Assembly (NCBI GenBank): GCA_043815885.1
Contig: JBDRIL010000040.1
Span: 1-16,211, forward strand
DNA length: 16,211 bases
Direction: 5' to 3'
Source of the DNA: an archaeon
GTDB taxonomy: Archaea; Iainarchaeota; Iainarchaeia; Iainarchaeales; 1-14-0-10-31-34
The position numbers and the translations under genes are program-made. Under the pieces are notes generated by a model, which was not told the origin of the DNA, made no database searches, and saw only the letters and a program-made list of their open reading frames with translations. Positions 8,264 through 16,019 of this stretch are shown piece after piece. Numbering within the stretch: position 1 is the stretch's first letter; each line of letters starts with the position of its first letter.

Positions 8264-8937
8264 ATTCAATTGCAGAATTTCAGGGAAAAAGATTTGAAAG
8301 ATTCAGTGTTGATATGCATTCAAATGAAAGACTCAAAGTAATGTCCGATTTGATTTTGAATGAGAGAAAAGGGAAAATCCTTGATGTGGGCTGCCTGGAT
8401 GGAGGATTTGCAGTTGAATTCAAAAAAATCGGCTTCAATGTTTTTGGGTGTGATATTTCACCTGCAATCAAGAAAGCAGAAGCCAGGGGGATTAATTGTA
8501 AGAAATTTGATTTTGAAGGAAAATTTCCTTATCCAAAAAATTTTTTTGACGGAGTAATTGCAGCAGAAGTGATAGAGCATGTCTTCGATACGGACAACTT
8601 CTTAGGGGAATTGCACAGGATACTAAAACCAAAAGGATTCCTTGTGATTTCGACTCCAAACACTGCTGCACTTCCAAATAGACTGCTTTTATTATTAGGA
8701 AAAAAACCATTTAATTTGGATTACAATAAAGGCGGAGGCCATATTAGAGCCTACACAATGAATTTACTTGAAAAGCAATTGAAAAAAATGGGCTTTAGGA
8801 TAGAAAAAAAAACTTCTGACCTGCTAAGACTTTCAGATAAACTTGAATTAATCCCTTTTGTTTATTCAATAGAAATTTTTTTAGCAAAACTTTTTCCTTC
8901 TCTTTCATTGCATGTGATTTTGAAGGCGAGAAAATGA
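8260..8937 (+). CDS. Class I SAM-dependent methyltransferase (Methyltransf_11/23-like)
   Basis: Start moved to ATG 8260, which forms an ATGA overlap with the upstream TGA. Motifs ILDVGCLDG, GCDIS, FDGVIAAEVIEH and RILKPKGFLVISTPN. Confidence 0.92.
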   Translation: MNSIAEFQGKRFERFSVDMHSNERLKVMSDLILNERKGKILDVGCLDGGFAVEFKKIGFNVFGCDISPAIKKAEARGINCKKFDFEGKFPYPKNFFDGVIAAEVIEHVFDTDNFLGELHRILKPKGFLVISTPNTAALPNRLLLLLGKKPFNLDYNKGGGHIRAYTMNLLEKQLKKMGFRIEKKTSDLLRLSDKLELIPFVYSIEIFLAKLFPSLSLHVILKARK

Positions 8938-10019
8938 ATTTATGTATAGTAAATGACAGGTTCCCTCCTTTTTCTTCTGGAGGCGGGACAATGCTTGCCC
9001 ACAATTTAGCAAAAGAATTGTCTGCAAGACACAACGTTACTGTGTTCACAATGGATCTGGGTGAAGGGACAAGGGAAGAAGAATTTGAGGTTAATAGAAT
9101 TAAGTTAAATCATTCTCCTTTAACCTCAAGAGGATTTCTTGAATTCATTAAAAAACTGCCCAAAGAAATTGAAAAGCAGGAATTTGATGTAATCCATTCG
9201 TGTTCTCCTGGAGTGTCATTGTTTCTTCCAAAAAATAAATTACTTATCACTTCCAATGGAAGTGCTCTGACTGAATTAAAGGTATTGCTTAAGGAAAAGA
9301 GTGCTGGTTTAAACGCGATTAAGTGTCTTGTTAATTCTTATCTTTTGGAGTTGTATTCATATCGGCGAAGCAAAAAAACAATAGCAATAAGTAATTCCAC
9401 TGCAAACGAAATAAAGCAAGATTATTTTATGCATAAAGAGCCACAGGTTATTTACAATGGCTTTAATCAGGATTTATTCAACTACTCAAGCAAAGACAAT
9501 GATTATGTTTTATTTGTTGGAAGGCTGAGCCAGAGAAAAGGAATCTTTACTTTACTGAAGGCAATAAAAGAAACAAAAACCAAACTGCATTTAGTTGGAG
9601 ATGGCCAACTGAGAGAAAAGGTAATTGATTTCATTAAAAAAAACAATCTGCAAAAACAGGTTAACTTGATTGGATGGCTGGAGGGAGAAAAACTTGCAAG
9701 ACAGTTTAAGGAGTGTTCTTTTCTTGTTTGCCCTTCCACCTACGAACCATTTCCATTAGTCGTATTAGAAGCAATTGGTTGTGGGAAGGCAGTCATTGCA
9801 TCAAATGTTTCAGGAATACCGGAATTAATTGAGAACAAGAAGAATGGTTTGCTCTTCAATCCATTCAATTCAAATGAATTACAGGAAAAAATCAATCTCT
9901 TGCAGGAAAATGAGAGTGAAAGAAAAAGGCTTGGAAAAAAAGCATTAAGAACATCAAGGAATTTTTCCTGGAAAAAAACAGCAAAAAAATACCTAAAGGT
10001 TTACAGGGAATTGAAATGA
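8934..10019 (+). CDS. Glycosyltransferase family 4
   Basis: FPPFSSGGG, VLFVGRLSQRKG and PSTYEPFPLVVLEAIGCG. ATGA overlap. Confidence 0.94.
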   Translation: MNLCIVNDRFPPFSSGGGTMLAHNLAKELSARHNVTVFTMDLGEGTREEEFEVNRIKLNHSPLTSRGFLEFIKKLPKEIEKQEFDVIHSCSPGVSLFLPKNKLLITSNGSALTELKVLLKEKSAGLNAIKCLVNSYLLELYSYRRSKKTIAISNSTANEIKQDYFMHKEPQVIYNGFNQDLFNYSSKDNDYVLFVGRLSQRKGIFTLLKAIKETKTKLHLVGDGQLREKVIDFIKKNNLQKQVNLIGWLEGEKLARQFKECSFLVCPSTYEPFPLVVLEAIGCGKAVIASNVSGIPELIENKKNGLLFNPFNSNELQEKINLLQENESERKRLGKKALRTSRNFSWKKTAKKYLKVYRELK

Positions 10020-10813
10020 ATATAAAATCAAAAATTAATTATTACAAAACCAACATCCCTTTAGTTACAAAAAGATTTCTAAGATACAAAACCCTTGACA
10101 TGTTTGATGCAGTTGAAATTGAAACCAATACAGAGTGCAACAGAAAATGTGTTAACTGTCCAAATTTTTTGTTTGAAAGAGAAAAAGGTTTAATGGAAAC
10201 AAACTTATACAAAAAAATCATAAATGAATTAAGTGAAACAAAATATAATGGAAGATTGTCCCCGCATTTCTACAATGAACCATTACTAGACAAAAGACTT
10301 CTCCTCCTTATGAGTTACACCAGAGATAAATTGCCTGAAGCATTTATTTGTGTCTACACAAACGGTGATTTGCTTGATAGAAAGCTATTTGATGAATTGA
10401 TTGAAGCAGGAGTGGATAATTTCTTTATAACACAGTACGATGAAGAATTAAGCAATAGTTTAAGAGAATTAATGAATTCTTTAGATGAAAAAGAAAAGAA
10501 GAAATTAACTGTAAGGGTTTTTGGTGACAAGGAAACATTTAAATTCAACAGGGGCGGGATACTAAAAATAAATTCAAATAAGTTTAGCTCCTGTTCCTAT
10601 CCTTCAACCACTCTAGTCATAGATTGGAAAGGAAGGGTCTTACTTTGCTGTAATGATTATTTCAGTGAACACATTTTTGGAGACCTAAAAACAGAAAAAT
10701 TAATGAATATATGGAAAAAAGAACACTTTCATCAAACCAGAAAAGAAATAAAGAGAGGAATCTTCAATCGTGATATCTGCAGAAGTTGTTCTGGAATGGA
10801 GGAAAAAAAATGA
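10016..10813 (+). CDS. Compact radical SAM protein with twitch domain (BtrN-like architecture)
   Basis: CNRKCVNC, HFYNEPLLD and YTNG. C-terminal CSYP...IDWKGRVLLCCNDY...GDL...IW...CRSC. ATGA overlap. Confidence 0.92.
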   Translation: MNIKSKINYYKTNIPLVTKRFLRYKTLDMFDAVEIETNTECNRKCVNCPNFLFEREKGLMETNLYKKIINELSETKYNGRLSPHFYNEPLLDKRLLLLMSYTRDKLPEAFICVYTNGDLLDRKLFDELIEAGVDNFFITQYDEELSNSLRELMNSLDEKEKKKLTVRVFGDKETFKFNRGGILKINSNKFSSCSYPSTTLVIDWKGRVLLCCNDYFSEHIFGDLKTEKLMNIWKKEHFHQTRKEIKRGIFNRDICRSCSGMEEKK

Positions 10814-12058
10814 GAGTACTTCTCGTAACTCCTGTATTTCCTCCTGCTATTGGAGGAGTTGAACAGCATGTATTCAATCTAGCCAAGGAACTGAATAAAA
10901 GAGGAGTAAAAGCCGATGTGTTAACTACAGAGATAGGAGAAAAAAAAATTCAGGGAAAAAAGCAGGGTTAACGGATTCAATATTTTCAGAATCAAGACAG
11001 GACTGAAAGATAATTTTGATTTGGCAGCCAAGGGAAACAGAATGATTCTCCCTCTCACAAAAAAAATTTTCAGTCTAATGAAAAAAAATCGTTATGATTT
11101 AATGCATGCACACTGTCCTTTCACTCTGGCTTCATGCATTCCGGCAAGATTTTATTACAGTATTCCAATTATTGCAACAATTCACGGTAACTGGGTTAAC
11201 TGCATTAAAGGAAGAAGGTATTTTGAGGGAATGATTTGTAGTAAGAGGCATTACAGTAATTCAGAGAGATGTGCAGAGTGCTTAAATCAAAAGAAATCAG
11301 TAGTTAAATTAAAGCAATTCATGCTGAAGAATCTGACCGAGAATTGTAATTTATTGATTGCAGTGAGTTCTGATGTAGGGAATTCAATTGAGTTAAATAA
11401 AAGGATTCCAATTAAGGTAATCCCAAATGTAAGTTCTAAAGTAAGGGGTTTGGGCAAAAGAAAGGCAAGAAAGGAATTAGGAGTGGAGTTAAACAAAAAA
11501 ATAATTCTATTTGTTGGTTCATTGATTGAGGAAAAAGGACCAATGGTTTTATTGAAGGCAGCAAAAAATATTCTTAAAAAACACAAAAATACCGAACTTC
11601 ATTTGATTCACGGTTACTGTGAAAAACCCTATCTTGGAAAAATAAAGAATTACATTAAAAAAGAAAAGCTTAAGGGAAAGGTTTTCTTCCACAGCAATAT
11701 CCCAAACAAGGAAGTCAGAAAAACATTTATTCCCGCAAGTGATTTGGTTGTGTTGCCTTCGCTCTGGCCTGAACCCTGTAGCAGTATTGTGACAGAGGCA
11801 ATGAATGCTTCTGTGCCAGTGATTGCTTCAAGGATTGGAGGCTTCAAGGACCTGATCGAAGAAGGGGTTGATGGAATATTATTTAAATCTGGGGATTCAA
11901 ATGAGTTATCAAGAAAAATCAATTCCCTTTTGGGTGATAAAGAAAAACAAAGAAAAATTAAAAAAAATTCATTAAAGAAATTCAATGAATGCCTTAACTG
12001 GATTGTTGTTTCAGAAAAGATAGTTGGGGTTTACAAAAAAACATTAAGTGAAAAATGA
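10810..12058 (+). pseudogene. GT4 (ExpE7-like, with Cys4 insert) interrupted by a +1 frameshift, most likely at A9 10940-10948; 415 aa if one A is removed
   Basis: The 5' piece MRVLLVTPVFPPAIGGVEQH (ATG 10810, GGAGG at 10798-10802) stops at 10971. The +1 frame is open from 10937 and reads FREKSRVNGFNIFRI into the 11021-12058 ORF (LFVGSLIEEKG, PSLWPEPCSSIVTEAM). It could be a true pseudogene, a slippage site or a sequencing error. Confidence 0.85.
10940..10948 (+). repeat. A9 homopolymer at the inferred frameshift
   Basis: GGAG-AAAAAAAAA-TTC. It lies inside the only stretch (10937-10968) where both frames are open. Confidence 0.85.
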
Positions 12059-12088
12059 AATGAAAGAAGTCTGGGGGATGGCTTGCGC

Positions 12089-13504
12089 ATGAGCAGAATA
12101 CTTTTGGTTGACCCGCCAATGCATAGGTTTATGGGTTACAGGAGATTCTACTATCCCTTGTCCTTAGCATACATTGCAGGCTATTTGGACAAGCTAGGGC
12201 ATAAAACAAGGATTTACGATGCAGACTTTGACCCAAAAGCAGTTTCAATGAATAGAAGGGAACAGATAAAGAATTACCCAAAATACATTGAGGAAATAAA
12301 AAATTTTAGTCATAAAGTATGGAATGAAATGCAGAGAGTAATAAAAAAATCCAATCCTGATTTGATTGGAATTACAATGATTTCTTCAAAGAATCAGTCA
12401 GCATACCTTACTGCAAGAATTGCAAAGGAAATAAATCCGGAAATTAAAATTATTGTTGGAGGCCCTCATGCCTCTGCTCTTCCTTTTGAAGTAATCAAGC
12501 ATCCTGAAATAGACTTTGTTGTTAAAGGAGAAGGCGAAATAACCTGCGGAGGGCTAGCGGAAAAAATCGAGAACAGAGAAAATGATTTCCATAGTGTTGA
12601 CGGCCTTTATTGGAAGAACGATGGAGAAATAATTGCAAACAAGAAAAGAAAATTCATTGAAGACTTGGATGAATTGCCTTTCACCTTTAGAGAGTTAATA
12701 ATAAACAAAGAAAAATATACTCCAAGGGATTTCGGTTTAATGATGACAGTAAGAGGATGCCCTTACAACTGTTCTTACTGTGCTTCAAGAGTGGTTTGGA
12801 ACGGCACTTTAAGATTTAGGTCGGTTGGAAATATAATAGAAGAAATAAAACACGTCAAAGAAAAATTTAGCACTACACATATATACATTGAAGACGACAA
12901 TTTTTTGATGCCAAGAAAAAGGGTTAGGGAATTCTGTGAAGCAATGAAAAGAGAAAAACTAGATGTAACATGGGAATGCCAAGAAAGAGCAACAAATATT
13001 GATGAAGAAATTTGCAGGACGATAAAAAACGCTGGCTGTGTAAGTGTTGGAGTCGGAATTGAATCAGGTAACAATGAAATCCTCAAGCAATGCAAAAAAG
13101 GAGTAACCAAACAAGAAATGAGACGAGCTTCAAAGATCTTTAAAAAAATTGCTTTGCCTTGGAAGGGATTTGTAATGATTGGATTGCCAATGGAAACAAA
13201 AAACAATGTTCTTGAAACACTCCAATTTATGAAGGAATTAAATCCAAGCCATACTTCAATGCATATATTTACTCCTTTTCCTGGAACTAAATTTTACTCT
13301 CTCTACAACTTAAAGGAAGAAGACTTTTACTTGTATGAACCTGAAAGTCCATTCAATCATTTTTCTTTCAAGATGACGGAACAAGAATTCAATGAAGTGA
13401 GGGACGTGATGACAAAAGAGATTGCTGAGCTAAATGAAAAAAACAAGGAAGTCGTAGAAAGGACAAATGTCTTTAGGTGGGCAAAAAATGAAAAACAGAA
13501 TTAA
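12089..13504 (+). CDS. Cobalamin-binding radical SAM protein (class B methyltransferase-like)
   Basis: Start moved to ATG 12089 (MSRILLVDPP), with GGGGGATG upstream. B12-domain motifs PLSLAYIAGYL, IIVGGPHAS and VKGEGE. Then RGCPYNCSYC, EDDNF, GIESGN and IGLPMET. Confidence 0.94.
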   Translation: MSRILLVDPPMHRFMGYRRFYYPLSLAYIAGYLDKLGHKTRIYDADFDPKAVSMNRREQIKNYPKYIEEIKNFSHKVWNEMQRVIKKSNPDLIGITMISSKNQSAYLTARIAKEINPEIKIIVGGPHASALPFEVIKHPEIDFVVKGEGEITCGGLAEKIENRENDFHSVDGLYWKNDGEIIANKKRKFIEDLDELPFTFRELIINKEKYTPRDFGLMMTVRGCPYNCSYCASRVVWNGTLRFRSVGNIIEEIKHVKEKFSTTHIYIEDDNFLMPRKRVREFCEAMKREKLDVTWECQERATNIDEEICRTIKNAGCVSVGVGIESGNNEILKQCKKGVTKQEMRRASKIFKKIALPWKGFVMIGLPMETKNNVLETLQFMKELNPSHTSMHIFTPFPGTKFYSLYNLKEEDFYLYEPESPFNHFSFKMTEQEFNEVRDVMTKEIAELNEKNKEVVERTNVFRWAKNEKQN

Positions 13505-14192
13505 TTCAATAAAGAGACTCATGAAAGGGATTGACGGATGGTTAAGTGATGAGGAGGGAGAGTTTTTATTCAATAAGGCCAAAGAATGCAGTGGGAGAGG
13601 AGCAATAGTTGAGATTGGTTCTTGGAAGGGAAAGTCAACTATCTGGCTTGGCTTGGGCTCAAAAGAAGGCTCTAAAACAAGGGTTTATGCTGTGGACCCG
13701 CATAATGCTGGAGCAGACGAAGTCATTTACGGAAGAGTAAATACTTTAAAAGAATTTAAGGACAACATTAAAAGAGCAAAACTAGATGAAGTAGTTAAAC
13801 CAATTGTTAAGGATTCAACAAAGGCAAGCAAGGATTGGAAGAAACCGATTGAACTTCTTTTTATTGATGGAAGCCATCAATTTGATTTAGTTAAAAAGGA
13901 TTTCCTGAATTGGTCAAGATTCCTGGTTGAAGGCGGTCTAATAGCCTTTCATGATTCGCTTCTCTGGCCTGGCCCAAGAAAAGTCGTAAATAAAATGTTA
14001 TTGGCTTCCAACTACTTTAAAGAACCGGATTTAATTGATTCAATCACGTGCGCAAGAAAAACGAGTTCAGTTTCATTTAATGACAGGATTAACAACAATA
14101 AATTTTGGATAGAAAAAAATTTGAGGGAACTGAATTTAAGGTACGGGTATTTAAAATTGAGCCTGAGAAAAAAAGCTTTTCTAAAAAGTTAA
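13488..14192 (+). CDS. Class I SAM-dependent methyltransferase (Methyltransf_24-like)
   Basis: Likely start is ATG 13488, with AGGTGG at 13475-13480; an alternative is 13521. Motifs GWLS, VEIGSWKGKST, YAVDPH, LLFIDGSH and GGLIAFHD. Confidence 0.9.
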   Translation: MKNRINSIKRLMKGIDGWLSDEEGEFLFNKAKECSGRGAIVEIGSWKGKSTIWLGLGSKEGSKTRVYAVDPHNAGADEVIYGRVNTLKEFKDNIKRAKLDEVVKPIVKDSTKASKDWKKPIELLFIDGSHQFDLVKKDFLNWSRFLVEGGLIAFHDSLLWPGPRKVVNKMLLASNYFKEPDLIDSITCARKTSSVSFNDRINNNKFWIEKNLRELNLRYGYLKLSLRKKAFLKS

Positions 14193-14197
14193 TTTAA

Positions 14198-15175
14198 TTA
14201 TTTCTTTTTTACGTAAAAAGCCATTGAGCCCCCGCATCTAAAAAAACTTAAGAGGCAGTAGAAAGGCATTAGAAGGAATGCAAAAAATGAATTGTTTACT
14301 TTTAATGGAATCTTCTTCCTCGTGAAATAAGAATTAATTCCATCCAAAAAAATATTTGGAGAGACATTGTACTTTATTTTTTCTATTTTAAAGCCACTCT
14401 CTTCAATCATTCTTCCTAAAGTTTTTGGAGTGAAGTGATAGAAGTGCCTTGGGGCATCAATGTTCCACCATTCTTTACCAAAAACCTTTGATTCAAGGGA
14501 ATCAAAGTTTGGTGTTACAATAATTAACTCGCCTTTTTCCTTAAGCAATTCCCTTGCCTTCATTAGAACAGCTTTTGGTTCTTGAACATGTTCCAGTAAA
14601 TGAAACGTGGTTATTACATCAAAGTAATTTTTCTTGAATTTGCTTCTCTCCAGAGTCCCAAAAAAAACATTCAAGTTAAATTTTTTTTTGGCATAGTTTA
14701 CAGCCCCTTTATCCAGTTCAACCCCAGAAACACCCCATCCCTGTTGCCTCCACTTCAGTAGGCAACCGCCTATGCCACACCCCACATCAAGGATTCTTCC
14801 TCTATTCTTTGTTGGAATAAAGGTATGGTCAAACTCCTTTATTAAAAGATAATGAGGAAGAGAAGCCAATTTTTTAAAAGAAAATTTTTCTCCATTAATC
14901 CATTCCTTTAAAACGTCTTCTTCTTTTCTGGATAAAAAGGAATTAAACGACTGTCTTGGATTTAAATTATCTTCAGAGAAGGCAAAGTATTTTTTTGGAT
15001 AAAGCTCTGAAAGGGATCCTTTCTTTGGCCTTGGATTCATGTAACTCAAACCACATTTATTGCACTTAACTAAATCAAAATTCCCTTTTACTCCATAGGT
15101 GTAGTCTGTTGCAGAAAAAAGGTATTTGGCTTCATCGGCTCCACACAGACCGCACTTAGCGTATTCCATATTCAT
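14198..15175 (-). CDS. Class I SAM-dependent methyltransferase with N-terminal Cys4 ribbon
   Basis: CGLC-x26-CNKC, ILDVGCGIG, GVELD, FDVITTFHLLEHV, TPNFDS and PRHFYHFT. Confidence 0.93.
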   Translation of the reverse strand: MNMEYAKCGLCGADEAKYLFSATDYTYGVKGNFDLVKCNKCGLSYMNPRPKKGSLSELYPKKYFAFSEDNLNPRQSFNSFLSRKEEDVLKEWINGEKFSFKKLASLPHYLLIKEFDHTFIPTKNRGRILDVGCGIGGCLLKWRQQGWGVSGVELDKGAVNYAKKKFNLNVFFGTLERSKFKKNYFDVITTFHLLEHVQEPKAVLMKARELLKEKGELIIVTPNFDSLESKVFGKEWWNIDAPRHFYHFTPKTLGRMIEESGFKIEKIKYNVSPNIFLDGINSYFTRKKIPLKVNNSFFAFLLMPFYCLLSFFRCGGSMAFYVKKK

Positions 15176-15200
15176 TTAAAAAATTCATTTCCAAATAACC

Positions 15201-15208
15201 TTTTAAAT
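15201..15208. promoter_or_regulatory. Candidate bidirectional TATA box in a 55-bp divergent intergenic region
   Basis: Palindromic TTTAAA (15202-15207) sits near the midpoint, 23 nt from ATG 15231 (+) and 26 nt from ATG 15175 (-). No SD-like motif precedes either start. Confidence 0.5.
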
Positions 15209-15230
15209 TAATCCAATAAAAAAATTCTCT

Positions 15231-16019
15231 ATGACTGAACTCTCAATAATAATCCCAAACTACAATACAAAGAACTTTCTGGAAAAATGCCTTTACTCAA
15301 TTAAAGAAAACCCTCCTTCTTCTACTTATGAAGTAATCGTCATTGATGATGCCTCAGAAGATGGGAGCAGGGAAATGATTGAAAAAAAATTTCCTTTAGT
15401 TAAACTAATCTGGAATAAAAAAAATCTGGGTCTTTCAAAATCATTCAATATTGCAATTAGAAAAAGTAGTGGAAGCTTTATTCTTTTGCTTAATTCAGAT
15501 ACACTGATTTTTCCGAAATCGATTGACGAAATGCTTTCAACTCTAGAAGCCAATCCAGATGCAGGAATTGCTGGATGCAGGTTATTGAATAAAGATGGCT
15601 CAACTCAGTTCACTTTTGGCTATTTCCCTTTTCCCTTCTCTTTCATTAAAAGAAAGCTCTTCAAGAAAAAACTGAAAGAAAAAAGAGAACCGTTTGCCGT
15701 TGATTGGGTATGTTATGCCTGTGTTTTGATTAAAAGAGAGGTGATTCAGGACATCGGTCTTTTTGATGAAGACTTTGTCTTTTACAACGAGGAAATCGAT
15801 TACAGTTACAGGGCAAAGAAAAAGGGCTGGAATACGATTTACACTCCCAGAGCGTCTATCATTCATTTTCAGGGAGGATGGGTTAATACAAAAGGAACAG
15901 ATTACATGAGAGAAAATACTCTTAGAAGCAATTACTTATTCCTGAAAAAGCATAAAGGAATTTTTGAAGCAGTTCCGGCAGTTGTTTTTCTTAAATTGAA
16001 ATATTTATTTGGAAAGTAA
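15231..16019 (+). CDS. Glycosyltransferase family 2 (WbbL/RfbF-like group)
   Basis: LSIIIPNYN, VIDDASEDGS, NLGLSKSFN, LLNSDT and GLFDEDFVFYNEEIDYSYR. Confidence 0.92.
   Translation: MTELSIIIPNYNTKNFLEKCLYSIKENPPSSTYEVIVIDDASEDGSREMIEKKFPLVKLIWNKKNLGLSKSFNIAIRKSSGSFILLLNSDTLIFPKSIDEMLSTLEANPDAGIAGCRLLNKDGSTQFTFGYFPFPFSFIKRKLFKKKLKEKREPFAVDWVCYACVLIKREVIQDIGLFDEDFVFYNEEIDYSYRAKKKGWNTIYTPRASIIHFQGGWVNTKGTDYMRENTLRSNYLFLKKHKGIFEAVPAVVFLKLKYLFGK

Noticed and set aside
11021..12058. Independent 345-aa gene starting at TTG 11021
   Set aside because: It lacks the GT4 N-terminal strand and GG loop, which are encoded at 10810-10940 in another frame. It is better explained as one frameshifted gene.
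921..12092. RiPP system with the mini-ORFs as precursor peptides for the radical SAM enzymes
   Set aside because: The peptides are only 10-13 aa. I see no RRE-like N-terminal extension, full two-cluster SPASM domain, protease or exporter, and the context is wholly glycan-related. It is kept only as a remote alternative.
14190..14200. Terminator between the convergent methyltransferase genes
   Set aside because: There is only a 5-bp AT gap and no GC-rich stem, so no terminator can be called.
4720..14689. Other A/T runs of 8-9 nt as contingency loci (4720-4728, 8804-8812, 14681-14689)
   Set aside because: They are in frame and expected from Lys/Phe codons in AT-rich DNA. No run exceeds 9 by my reading.
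387..15866. Short ORFs in the track that are antisense or out of frame (for example 387-716, 7531-7863, 8360-8557, 11650-11985, 12775-13206, 15600-15866)
   Set aside because: They lie within well-supported genes and have no motifs. Their Phe/Leu/Ser/Ile bias is what the reverse complement of Lys/Glu-rich AT-rich genes produces.
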